Shown piece after piece: positions 1 to 8,547 of a stretch of 24,000 nt of DNA. The notes below the pieces were generated by a model, which saw only the letters and a list, made by a program, of their open reading frames with translations, was not told the DNA's origin and searched no databases. Each line of letters starts with the position of its first letter. Position 1 is the stretch's first letter. The stretch comes from Bacillota bacterium (GTDB lineage: Bacteria > Bacillota > Clostridia > Acetivibrionales > DSM-1351). Made by a program: the position numbers and the translations under genes. The stretch spans positions 23,664 through 47,663 of the forward strand of contig JAEZUC010000079.1 of the NCBI GenBank assembly GCA_023443515.1, read 5' to 3'.

Positions 1-1
1 A

Positions 2-319
2 CTAAATACATATGAGTACGACGGTGTAATAAACTCAAAACCCGGTGCATCAAAATACCATGCAGGTAACTACGGTGTTGTTTATAATATAAAAATAAAC
101 CATGCGGCAAATAAAAGGATTATAATAAGTCCCAAATGGACACAGGACAGACCATATGCAACCATTGTTTACAGTGTAAATAATGGCCCGTGGATTGTGG
201 GTGAAAAGATTACAACGGGAATGTTCTGGATAGAAGAGCTTGGGGACAGCCAGACTGCAAATGTCAGGTTTATGCTTCCGGGAGGCAACTGTGGAAGCTA
301 TTTTGTCTCATTTGAATAA
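2..319 (+). CDS. C-terminal fragment of a hypothetical, probably secreted protein (5' end outside window)
   Basis: Open frame from base 2 to TAA at 317-319, reading LNTYEYDGVINSKPGASKYHAGNYGVVYNIKIN...MLPGGNCGSYFVSFE*. Beta-rich composition; family not recognised. Confidence 0.6.
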   Translation, partial: LNTYEYDGVINSKPGASKYHAGNYGVVYNIKINHAANKRIIISPKWTQDRPYATIVYSVNNGPWIVGEKITTGMFWIEELGDSQTANVRFMLPGGNCGSYFVSFE

Positions 320-360
320 GTTAAGGCGAAATTGATTAGTACCAAGTAATAATATCTAGT

Positions 361-388
361 TTTAAACCGAATCATATTGTGCTATAAT
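361..388 (+). promoter_or_regulatory. Candidate sigma-A promoter upstream of fabV
   Basis: TTTAAA (361-366), 16 nt spacer, TATAAT (383-388); about 78 nt upstream of the fabV ATG. Confidence 0.4.
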
Positions 389-465
389 ATACAGTGGAAA
401 ACAAAAAATAGTATGTTAAGCATTAATTGGCTTATTATATAAAGCTCAAATTCAAGGAGGATTTT

Positions 466-1653
466 ATGATAGTTTCGCCTAAATTCAGAGGATTTATTTG
501 CACAACATCTCATCCGGCAGGCTGTGAATATAGTGTCAGTAAACAGATTGAGTATGTTAAAAATCAAAAAAGAGTAGATGGTGCTAAAAAAGTACTGGTT
601 ATTGGTGCTTCAACAGGGTACGGACTGGCATCAAGGATAACAGCTGCATTTGGTTGCGGAGCTGCTACAATCGGTATATTCTTTGAAAGGCCTGCAGCTA
701 AAAATAAAACAGCCTCTGCAGGATGGTACAATTCGGCGGCTTTTGAGAAAATGGCAAAAGAAGAAGGCCTGTATGCAAAAAGTATAAACGGTGATGCCTT
801 TTCAAATGAAATCAAACAGAAAACTATTGATTTAATAAAAAAAGACCTTGGTAAGATAGACATGGTAGTTTACAGTCTGGCTTCTCCAAGAAGGACACAC
901 CCTGTATCCGGTGATGTGTTCAATTCAGTTATAAAGCCTATTGGTAAAACTTATACATCAAAAACGGTAGATTTCCATACCCAGCTTGTTTCTGAAACTA
1001 CCATTGAACCGGCCAATGATGATGAAATCAAACAGACTATTGCAGTAATGGGCGGTGAAGACTGGGCAATGTGGATGGATGCCCTGAAAAATGCCGATGT
1101 TCTTGAGGAAAATGTAATTACACTGGCATATTCCTATGTAGGCCCTGAAATGACTCATTCTGTTTACAGAGAGGGAACTATCGGAAAAGCCAAGGATGAC
1201 CTTGAGGCTACTGTGGCAAAAATTGACGAGAGTCTTAAGGGTATTGGCGGAAAAGCTTATGTCTCCATTAATAAAGCTGTTGTAACACAAGCCAGTGCAG
1301 CTATACCTGTTATATCTCTTTATGTCAGTGCCTTATTTAAAGTAATGAAAGAAAAAAATATCCATGAGGGATGTATTGAACAAATGTACAGAATGTTCAG
1401 CGACAGGATATATTCAGGAGATTTGAAACTGGACAGCAAGGGCAGAATCTGTATGGATGATCTGGAAATGCTACCTGAGATTCAGGCTGAAGTAACAAAA
1501 CTCTGGAACCAAGCCAATAACGAAAATGTGAAAGACATTACTGATATTGAAGGCTACAGAAAAGAGTTTTTCAGACTTTTTGGTTTTGAATTTGAAGGTG
1601 TTGACTATAACGCTGATGTTAATATAGAAGTAAGTATTGATGGAATAAATTAA
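466..1653 (+). CDS. fabV: FabV-type trans-2-enoyl-ACP/CoA reductase
   Basis: MIVSPKFRGFICTTSHPAGCE..., NAD-binding VLVIGASTGYGLASRI, and Y-x8-K in SVYREGTIGKAK. AAGGAGG precedes ATG466, so the upstream in-frame start at 427 is less likely. Confidence 0.95.
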   Translation: MIVSPKFRGFICTTSHPAGCEYSVSKQIEYVKNQKRVDGAKKVLVIGASTGYGLASRITAAFGCGAATIGIFFERPAAKNKTASAGWYNSAAFEKMAKEEGLYAKSINGDAFSNEIKQKTIDLIKKDLGKIDMVVYSLASPRRTHPVSGDVFNSVIKPIGKTYTSKTVDFHTQLVSETTIEPANDDEIKQTIAVMGGEDWAMWMDALKNADVLEENVITLAYSYVGPEMTHSVYREGTIGKAKDDLEATVAKIDESLKGIGGKAYVSINKAVVTQASAAIPVISLYVSALFKVMKEKNIHEGCIEQMYRMFSDRIYSGDLKLDSKGRICMDDLEMLPEIQAEVTKLWNQANNENVKDITDIEGYRKEFFRLFGFEFEGVDYNADVNIEVSIDGIN

Positions 1654-1663
1654 ACTTACTGTT

Positions 1664-1723
1664 AAAAGCATAAACCCGGTGAAATTCTGCATAGTGGAGT
1701 TGTTTTGGGTTTATGCTTTTTTT
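1664..1723 (+). terminator. Rho-independent terminator after fabV
   Basis: AAGCATAAACCC ... GGGTTTATGCTTTTTTT inverted repeat followed by a T tract. Confidence 0.85.
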
Positions 1724-1875
1724 ATTGTTCTGAAAATTATTATATAAAATAGTAAATTATTCTATAAAACATTGGTATAGTGATATATAATAAAATAAAC
1801 AATCACAATACACATTTTCGTTGCAATAACTAACGGACTATAAAGGGGCAGCTTAAAATATTAATGGAGGTGTTT

Positions 1876-4164
1876 ATGTTTTTTAAAAGAAAAAAAGGCA
1901 TAAAACCTGGGCAATATAAAACGCTGGTTAACATAATTAATAATAACAACTATAAAAGCCTTTCGGATAATGAACTTCAACAATTAATTAATAATTATAA
2001 AAAACGCTTAGATAATTTTATCATCCGTGACAGTCAACAATTTGTTAATGAATATATGACAGATTGTTTTGCAATAACAAAAGAGATAAGCAGGCGTGTA
2101 TTAAATCTTGAACCATATGATTCGCAACTTCTGACAGGTATTGCATTATACTTAGGAAAAATTGCAGAATTGCCCACAGGAGAGGGAAAAACATTAGCAG
2201 CTGTTTTTCCGGCAGTATTAAACGCACTCTCCGGCAAAGGTGTTCACATTTTTACCTTTAACGATTACCTTGCAAAAAGAGACGCGGAATGGATGAAGGG
2301 GATATATGAATTCTGGGGATTAAAAGCGTCATATATTCAGGAAAATATGGACAGGCCTCAAAGAAGAAGGGCATATTTGGCTGATATAACTTATGTTACG
2401 CCAAAAGAAGCTGGTTTTGATTATCTAAGGGATTCTATAGTCTATGATAAAAATGAAATTGTACATAGGCCATTCAACTCTGTAATTGTTGACGAGGCAG
2501 ACGCAATTCTTATTGATGAAGCCAGGACACCTCTGGTCATAGCAGGAAGTATGGGCTTGCAGCAAAAAATTGACAACCGTCTGGTAGAACTGGTGGGATT
2601 ACTGAGACGGAATATTGATTATGCAATTGATGAGAGCAGCAGAAATGTTTATCTGACCGAAGCCGGCAGTTCTGTAGTTGAAAATTATCTTGACTGTGGG
2701 AACCTGTATAATCCCAAAAATGTAGAAACGCTTACACATATAAATAATATGCTTCATGCTAAAGTCCTTTTAAAACGGGATATTCATTATATTATTAAAG
2801 ATGGGCGTATCGAAATCATAGATGAATTTACAGGAAGGATTGCAGACAGACGAAAGTGGGATTATGGACTTCAGATGGCTCTTGAAGCTGTTGAAGGAAT
2901 AGACTCCATACCAAGTAATAAAATACTTGGAAAAATAACAATTCAGAATTTTATAAGCTTGTATCCGCATATGTCAGGAATGACGGCAACGGCAAAGTCG
3001 TCTGAGGAAGAATTCCTAAGTACATATGAACATGATGTCTATGTTGTCCAGCCAAATAAAAAATGTATTCGTGTTGATTTCGATGATTTTGTTTACACAC
3101 ATAAAGAAGCAAAATACAATGCCATAGTTAATGAGGTTCGCGCTTCGCATAACCAAGGACGGCCTGTATTGATAGGTACTTCAAGCATTAAGGAATCTGA
3201 GATGTTGGCAGGTATGCTGAAACAGCAAGAAATAGTATGTGTGGTATTAAATGCAAAAAACGATGCAGAAGAAGCAAAAATCATTGCGCTGGCGGGAAAA
3301 CTCGGGGCCGTTACTGTGTCTACCAATATGGCAGGACGTGGAGTTGACATAAAACTAGGTGGAGAAAATTGCCCTGAAGATACAGAAAAGGTGTTGGAAT
3401 TGGGTGGACTTTATGTCATCGGAACCAACAGAAACGAATGCGTGAGAATTGACAACCAGTTGAGGGGCAGGGCTGGAAGGCAGGGTGACCCCGGCTCTTC
3501 ACGCTTTTTTATAAGTTTGGAAGATGATTTATTGGTGCAGTTTGGTATAGGAAAGGTTATACCAACCAAATATTATGGCATAAGGCAGGCCGAAAAGGTT
3601 GATGACAGCAAACTTTTAGCATTGATATGCCATATACAGAGAGTAGTCAACGGTCAGAACTTTGAGATAAGAAAAACACTGGGCAAATACTCGTATCTCC
3701 TTGAATGGCAGAGAAGAACATTTTTCAAAAACAGGTTTGAAGTTTTGTCCTGTAATACTCCGGGGATTTTGTCCGTAGAGAAAAAGGAGTTATACAAAGA
3801 ACTGTGCGATAAGTATGGAAAAGAAAGAGTTGATGAAATTCAGAGAAAAGTATCCCTTAATTGCATGGACGAATTCTGGTATGATTTTCTTGAATATTGT
3901 GAAAATATTAAGGAAGGAATAAATCTGGTTTCGGCAGGAAGAAAAGATCCTGTGGACGAGTTTAACAGACTTAGTATCAATAAATTTGAACAGCTGCATG
4001 AGGAAATCAATGAAAAAATATTGAATACCCTCCAAGACATAGATTTTTCCATGGATGACTGCCAGTTGGCAGATAATGGATTTCAAACACCTTCAGCTAC
4101 CTGGACCTATATAATTAACGACAGCATAAAAGTTAAAAATTTTACACTATTCAGCAGATTATAA
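1876..4164 (+). CDS. SecA-family preprotein translocase ATPase, short accessory/SecA2-like form
   Basis: LPTGEGKTLAAVFPAVLNAL (Walker A), HIFTFNDYLAKRDAEWM, VIVDEADAILIDEARTPLVIAG, TVSTNMAGRGVDIKLGG, GTNRNECVRIDNQLRGRAGRQGDPGSSRFFISLEDDLL. About 762 aa; no CxCxSGxxxxxCHG-type tail. GGAGG precedes ATG1876; ORF track starts at 1864. Confidence 0.9.
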   Translation: MFFKRKKGIKPGQYKTLVNIINNNNYKSLSDNELQQLINNYKKRLDNFIIRDSQQFVNEYMTDCFAITKEISRRVLNLEPYDSQLLTGIALYLGKIAELPTGEGKTLAAVFPAVLNALSGKGVHIFTFNDYLAKRDAEWMKGIYEFWGLKASYIQENMDRPQRRRAYLADITYVTPKEAGFDYLRDSIVYDKNEIVHRPFNSVIVDEADAILIDEARTPLVIAGSMGLQQKIDNRLVELVGLLRRNIDYAIDESSRNVYLTEAGSSVVENYLDCGNLYNPKNVETLTHINNMLHAKVLLKRDIHYIIKDGRIEIIDEFTGRIADRRKWDYGLQMALEAVEGIDSIPSNKILGKITIQNFISLYPHMSGMTATAKSSEEEFLSTYEHDVYVVQPNKKCIRVDFDDFVYTHKEAKYNAIVNEVRASHNQGRPVLIGTSSIKESEMLAGMLKQQEIVCVVLNAKNDAEEAKIIALAGKLGAVTVSTNMAGRGVDIKLGGENCPEDTEKVLELGGLYVIGTNRNECVRIDNQLRGRAGRQGDPGSSRFFISLEDDLLVQFGIGKVIPTKYYGIRQAEKVDDSKLLALICHIQRVVNGQNFEIRKTLGKYSYLLEWQRRTFFKNRFEVLSCNTPGILSVEKKELYKELCDKYGKERVDEIQRKVSLNCMDEFWYDFLEYCENIKEGINLVSAGRKDPVDEFNRLSINKFEQLHEEINEKILNTLQDIDFSMDDCQLADNGFQTPSATWTYIINDSIKVKNFTLFSRL

Positions 4165-4171
4165 TTTAATG

Positions 4172-4186
4172 GTTATGTGACATAAC
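4172..4186. promoter_or_regulatory. Small palindrome GTTATG-TGA-CATAAC, candidate operator
   Basis: 6-bp perfect inverted repeat with a 3-nt centre, between the SecA-like gene and the LytTR gene. A possible -10 TACAAT lies at 4218-4223. Confidence 0.3.
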
Positions 4187-4256
4187 AAAAAATATTCAGT
4201 ATATCAGTAAATTATGGTACAATTATACATAATATCTTTTTTTTGCAGGTGATTGG

Positions 4257-4961
4257 ATGATACGGATTTCCCTTTGCGATGATGAAAACCAAATTACTGG
4301 AACATTAGCCGCCAACCTAAAAGGCATAAGGCCTGATATAGAAGTACTTTCCTATGATAGCGGAGAGAACTTGCTCGAAAGTAAATATCTGTATAACGAT
4401 ATAGTATTACTGGACATTGAGATGAACGGAATAAACGGTATTGAAACGGCCATTGAGCTTCGCAAAGGCGGCTATGAAGGAATGATTATATTTCTAACAT
4501 CTCACAAGGAAATGGTTTTTGATTCTTTTCGGGTCAAGCCGTACAACTATATTGTTAAGCCCATTGATATAAATAAAGTTAACAATATACTCAACAATGC
4601 CATAAATGAAATTATAGACAGGAAAACTACCCATTTCGAAGCCGTGTGCAACAATCGTACTTTCAGAATACAGCTAGAAGACATTTATTACTTTGAGTGT
4701 AACGGTAGAAAAGTTGATATTTATTCAAAAAACGGGACAATTACTATTTTGGGAAAAATGAATCAAATAGAAGCCTCTCTCAGAAATAAGCAGTTTTTCA
4801 GGTGCCATAAGGGTTATCTTGTAAATCTAGAGCACGTTTGCGAATTTTCAAATAATGAGATTATTTTGACCAATAACCAGAAGGTTTTAATCAGCAGACT
4901 AAAAATTAATTTATTCAAGGAGGCTTTTAAGGCGTTTATGAAAGGAAATATAAAATGCTAG
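4257..4961 (+). CDS. LytTR-family response regulator (AgrA/ComE-like)
   Basis: Receiver domain MIRISLCDDENQ...IVLLDIEMNGINGIETA...FLTSHKEMVFDSFRVKPYNYIVKPI, and LytTR domain FRIQLEDIYYFECNGRKVDIYSKNG...FFRCHKGYLVNLEHV. Confidence 0.92.
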   Translation: MIRISLCDDENQITGTLAANLKGIRPDIEVLSYDSGENLLESKYLYNDIVLLDIEMNGINGIETAIELRKGGYEGMIIFLTSHKEMVFDSFRVKPYNYIVKPIDINKVNNILNNAINEIIDRKTTHFEAVCNNRTFRIQLEDIYYFECNGRKVDIYSKNGTITILGKMNQIEASLRNKQFFRCHKGYLVNLEHVCEFSNNEIILTNNQKVLISRLKINLFKEAFKAFMKGNIKC

Positions 4962-6283
4962 TGATTTTGGCAAACAGCCTAATTGATTTAATTTCAAGTA
5001 TATTTGAAATACTGATTTTTGTTTTTATGATTTCAATATTTTTAGACTTTACCGAAAGAGCCAATAAAAACGTAATACTATATTTTGTTATATACGGATT
5101 GCTTAAAGTTGTCAAAATTATTTTTCCTATTGTATTTTTAGTTGACTTTATCACTTCTGTATTTGTACTGATTTTTGTTTTTATTGCTTTCAAAGGGAAC
5201 ATTGCACACAAATTATTTGCATTTTCTACAGCGGTTTGTCTTAACTATGTTGTTGATATTTTTATTATCTCCTTTACAAACATGGGATTTAATTATAATT
5301 TGTTTTTCAGCACATTATCCGGAGGAGTAAGGGGTATATGGGTTACCATAATCAAAATTATACTGGTTATTCTTGTATACATACTACTGAAGAACTTTGC
5401 CACTACCACAACATTAAAAATAAATATACTTTCATCTGTTCAGACCTTAATTCTCATCATGCTTCCTGCCTTCAGCTTTGCTACAATCACAATTCTTGAC
5501 TGGGGAGTAAGGAATTTTGTAGATGTACCTGTAAATACTTCAGCATTCCTGCTTATAGCATCCTTATGCACAATAATATATAACGTAATAGTAATGATTT
5601 TAATTGATAAGATGATTCTTAATAAAAAATATAAACATCTCAATGAAATGTCAGAAGCTCAGCTTAGAACACAGTTCAATCATTACGAACAGATAATGAG
5701 TAAAAACCAGGAAACCAGGAAGCTAAAACATGATATGAAAAATCATCTTAGATTAATTAGAACCTTGATAGAAAATAATGACATAGATGAAGCAAAGGAG
5801 CTCCTTGACGAGATTGAGGATACTATGCGCGGACTTGACCTTGAAATAAGCAGCGGTAATAGTATCACAGATGCAATATTAAACGAAAAGAACAAGATGG
5901 CACATAATCTGGGAATAAAATTTGAGTTTTCCGGGATATTGCCAAGGGAGAACTTTATAAATCCCTTTGATATCAGTACAATTTTTTCAAATGCTTTGGA
6001 TAATGCTATAGAAGCAGCTGTGAAGTCCGATGACTCTGAGAGGTTTATCAGGGTTTTCACATACATTCAGGGCAAATGCCTGTTTATTTTAATTGAAAAT
6101 TCAGTTGAAAAGGATATTAAAATTACAGGAAAAGAGATTGAGTCTACAAAACAAAACAAGGAACATCACGGCTTTGGCCTCAAAAATATTAATGACAGCG
6201 TGGAAAAGTACGGAGGCGGACTGAGTATTATTTGTGAAAATAAAGTATTCAAACTGGAAATATTACTTAATATAAAAATATAA
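4955..6283 (+). CDS. GHKL sensor histidine kinase, AgrC/ComD-like, with about 6 TM segments
   Basis: Hydrophobic N-terminal half; H box TRKLKHDMKNHLRLIRTLI; N box STIFSNALDNAIEAA; G box KEHHGFGLKNINDSVEKYGG. Start overlaps the LytTR stop by 7 nt. Confidence 0.9.
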   Translation: MLVILANSLIDLISSIFEILIFVFMISIFLDFTERANKNVILYFVIYGLLKVVKIIFPIVFLVDFITSVFVLIFVFIAFKGNIAHKLFAFSTAVCLNYVVDIFIISFTNMGFNYNLFFSTLSGGVRGIWVTIIKIILVILVYILLKNFATTTTLKINILSSVQTLILIMLPAFSFATITILDWGVRNFVDVPVNTSAFLLIASLCTIIYNVIVMILIDKMILNKKYKHLNEMSEAQLRTQFNHYEQIMSKNQETRKLKHDMKNHLRLIRTLIENNDIDEAKELLDEIEDTMRGLDLEISSGNSITDAILNEKNKMAHNLGIKFEFSGILPRENFINPFDISTIFSNALDNAIEAAVKSDDSERFIRVFTYIQGKCLFILIENSVEKDIKITGKEIESTKQNKEHHGFGLKNINDSVEKYGGGLSIICENKVFKLEILLNIKI

Positions 6284-6345
6284 AACATGCATTTTGTGAC
6301 ATTATAGAGACATGTTATGTAAAAAATATTGAATATAACTGTAAA

Positions 6346-6351
6346 TATAAT
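6346..6351 (+). promoter_or_regulatory. Candidate -10 element (TATAAT) for the 6413 peptide transcript
   Basis: TATAAT at 6346-6351 with no good -35, as expected if the promoter is activator-dependent. It lies just before the hairpin at 6352. Confidence 0.35.
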
Positions 6352-6399
6352 AAACTGTATTTGGTTGAAGTTATGACATTGCCAAATACAGTTTTTTTT
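6352..6399 (+). terminator. Terminator-like 13-bp hairpin with T8 tract directly upstream of the peptide SD
   Basis: AAACTGTATTTGG (6352-6364) / CCAAATACAGTTT (6382-6394), with T run 6392-6399, immediately followed by AAGGAGGATTTTTATG. Confidence 0.85.
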
Positions 6400-6412
6400 A
6401 AGGAGGATTTTT

Positions 6413-6568
6413 ATGAGTAAGAAAAACGTTTGTATGGATATTAAGGCAGATCAATTTGTAGATTTAAATAATGAAGAGGCTATGCAGATAGATGGTGGGA
6501 TTGATTCGCCAAGGCAATGCGTTAATACTATTATTATAGGTATAATTAAGATTATAAATTATTTTTAA
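6413..6568 (+). CDS. Double-glycine leader precursor peptide, 51 aa (candidate pheromone or bacteriocin)
   Basis: MSKKNVCMDIKADQFVDLNNEEAMQIDGG|IDSPRQCVNTIIIGIIKIINYF*. AAGGAGG SD; L at -12, I at -4, GG at -2/-1. Absent from the ORF track because of its length. Confidence 0.8.
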   Translation: MSKKNVCMDIKADQFVDLNNEEAMQIDGGIDSPRQCVNTIIIGIIKIINYF

Positions 6569-6596
6569 AGGCTATCAATTTTTGTAAGAATAGAAG

Positions 6597-6872
6597 GTGG
6601 AATTAATTGTAAGTTTGTCTTTTTTAAATAGCGAACCGGATTGTATGGATAAAGCCCGTACTTCGTTTATTTTGGGTATAGTTGATACCGTGGCTTGGCT
6701 ATTGCCTATTATAGGGATTCCGGTTTCAATTGTAGGACTGATATTAGGGATACTTGGTATAAAATCAACTAAAAGATGGATGGCAGTTGTAGGTATTATG
6801 CTTTCTAGTATTTTTCTTGTTGCGGCAATAATCAACGTAATAATAGGAGCATTAAACCAACTTGGTAAATAA
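6597..6872 (+). CDS. Small multipass membrane protein (DUF4190-like); candidate immunity or accessory protein
   Basis: Core FILGIVDTVAWLLPIIGIPVSIVGLILGILGIKSTKRWMAVVGIMLSSIFLVAAIINVIIGAL. Start uncertain: GTG6597, or ATG6645 giving MDKARTSF.... Confidence 0.65.
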   Translation: MELIVSLSFLNSEPDCMDKARTSFILGIVDTVAWLLPIIGIPVSIVGLILGILGIKSTKRWMAVVGIMLSSIFLVAAIINVIIGALNQLGK

Positions 6873-6902
6873 GGTGTTTTATAAGCTCAAAGGAGAATTT
6901 AA

Positions 6903-7301
6903 ATGGCACTATCAGCAGTAGAAAAGGACTATCGATTGAGAAATGTCCTTACTTTAAGAAAAAAAATGACAAGCCGAGAAGTCATATTGGAGATTTTGAA
7001 GTTAAAAAAATTTCTTAAAGACAACGGGCTAAAAAAGAATGGATTCATAACAACGGTAACATTTTCAATAGAGATGCAAGACGGAGTACCTTTAATAGAT
7101 ATGGAAATACTTGTTCCGTTACCAAAAAGAGTAACCATAACGAATGAATATATTTTTAAACCTATTTTTCATGTGGTTAATGCGGTATGTATTTCAAAAG
7201 AAAGTGATAAGGAAACAAGCAGAATACATAATTTATTGTGTTGGAATATCTACGACAAAATAATGGGAAGCAAACAGCAAAAGGATTTTCTTCTAGCTTG
7301 A
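6903..7301 (+). CDS. GyrI-like/effector-binding-fold protein (DUF5085-like), shorter paralog
   Basis: Clear similarity to the 10714 ORF (LRNVLTLRKKMTSRE...TTVTFSIE...PLIDMEILVPLPK...NEYIFKPIFHVVNAV), but ends about 25 aa earlier. AAAGGAG SD. Confidence 0.65.
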   Translation: MALSAVEKDYRLRNVLTLRKKMTSREVILEILKLKKFLKDNGLKKNGFITTVTFSIEMQDGVPLIDMEILVPLPKRVTITNEYIFKPIFHVVNAVCISKESDKETSRIHNLLCWNIYDKIMGSKQQKDFLLA

Positions 7302-7338
7302 TATATATAGTACTTTTTAATTTTATTAGCTTTTCCGA

Positions 7339-7358
7339 AATATCGGTTTACCGATATT
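7339..7358. repeat. Short inverted repeat AATATCGG-TTTA-CCGATATT
   Basis: 8-bp perfect inverted repeat with a 4-nt loop, in the intergenic region. Confidence 0.6.
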
Positions 7359-7391
7359 CATTTCTATTTACAATTTATATGTAATCTTTGA

Positions 7392-7432
7392 AAAGGCGTT
7401 CAAGCTTCTAATAGTAGAAGCTGAATGCCTTT
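7392..7432 (+). terminator. Imperfect terminator-like hairpin
   Basis: AAAGGCGTTCAAGCTTCTA ... TAGAAGCTGAATGCCTTT with one bulge and one mismatch; weak T-rich tail. Confidence 0.5.
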
Positions 7433-7557
7433 CATCTTTCTATCTCTGTAAAGAACAAAGAAGTAGAAGATAGAGAATCAATATAACAGTATATTTACAA
7501 ATTATGATATAAATGTATAATATATTTAGATTTTAATATTTTTAAGGTGATGCTATA

Positions 7558-8532
7558 TTGAATAAATTTATATCCGAACAAATAGACAGATTATCTCTCC
7601 GACAACTACATAAAAGAAAAAGTTTCGTTTCACATTTTATAGCACCAAACATGCAACCCGTAAAATCAGGCGAGTTTTCTTCATATTTTGATACTCCGTC
7701 CATCCCGAAAATAAAATTACAGGAGGAAAAGAATTCATATTATACTACAGGAACATTTTCATATGACAGTCAGATAAGAAATAACAACAAAAGTAATGAA
7801 AAAGTTTTTGGATACTATCACAGAAATTCAAACGATGAGGATTCAACCAATGTAATTCTTGTTCATGGATGGAGAATGGATGATTACAAGAACATTGACA
7901 GTATTTATTTAAAAAGCTTTTTGGATTCAGGATATAATGTTTATCACTTTATAATGCCGTATCATTTTCAGAGGAACTCAAATGAATCCACATATAATGG
8001 GGAACTGTTTGTTACCTCTAACATTGATAGGACACTATTATCAGTAAAACAGGCTGTATCTGATTTAAGGGCATTGGTTAAATGGCTTAAATCAAACACA
8101 CAAGGTAAAGTTATACTAATAGGAGTAAGTCTTGGAGGCTTTTTGACAAATCTGACAAGTGCTGTAGAGAGGGATATTGATATACTGATATCCGTATTTT
8201 ATGCAAATAGTCTGGCAAACGCTGTCTGGAATACAATACCCGGAAAGTACATAAAGAACGATTTTATTAAAAGTTCATTTTCATATGAACAATTATTGAA
8301 CTATTGGGTCGTTATCACCCCCAGCTTATACCAGCCCGCTATTCCTAAAAACAATATATTACTGTTAAGTGCTGCTTATGACCAATACATAAGCTTGGAA
8401 GATTCCAACGAATTATGGTCAAAATGGGGAAAACCTCAAAGGCATATTTACAATTGCGGACACTCAGGCATTGTACTTTTGAGAAATATAATAAGAAAGG
8501 ATTCTTTAGAGTTTATTAATAGCAAACTATAG
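7558..8532 (+). CDS. Alpha/beta hydrolase
   Basis: Oxyanion region VILVHGWR, nucleophile elbow GVSLGG, acid AAYDQY, His NCGHSG. TTG start after AAGGTGAT. Confidence 0.8.
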   Translation: MNKFISEQIDRLSLRQLHKRKSFVSHFIAPNMQPVKSGEFSSYFDTPSIPKIKLQEEKNSYYTTGTFSYDSQIRNNNKSNEKVFGYYHRNSNDEDSTNVILVHGWRMDDYKNIDSIYLKSFLDSGYNVYHFIMPYHFQRNSNESTYNGELFVTSNIDRTLLSVKQAVSDLRALVKWLKSNTQGKVILIGVSLGGFLTNLTSAVERDIDILISVFYANSLANAVWNTIPGKYIKNDFIKSSFSYEQLLNYWVVITPSLYQPAIPKNNILLLSAAYDQYISLEDSNELWSKWGKPQRHIYNCGHSGIVLLRNIIRKDSLEFINSKL

Positions 8533-8547
8533 GTTGGTGGATTATAT

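Noticed and set aside
382-567. Antisense 61-aa ORF upstream of and overlapping the fabV start
   Set aside because: No SD or recognisable domain; lies over the fabV leader and coding region.
564-1692. Minus-strand ORFs 564-863, 958-1290 and 1471-1692 opposite fabV
   Set aside because: Shadow ORFs opposite a clearly coding gene, with low-complexity translations and no domains.
2034-4086. Minus-strand ORFs opposite the SecA-like gene
   Set aside because: Antisense to a long motif-rich ORF and lacking their own signals.
1876-4164. Classical accessory Sec (SecA2/SecY2/Asp) serine-rich glycoprotein locus
   Set aside because: No SecY2, Asp, Gtf or serine-rich substrate genes in the window.
4257-6283. 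Complete agr-type system (agrB/agrD)
   Set aside because: LytTR regulator and AgrC-like kinase are present, but no AgrB-like cysteine protease or AgrD-like peptide is visible; the GG-leader peptide at 6413 fits a ComC/BlpC-like logic better.
7441-7490. Possible hairpin TTCTATCTC...GATAGAGAAT
   Set aside because: Arms are not reverse complements (the complement of CTATCTC is GAGATAG, but the sequence reads GATAGAG).
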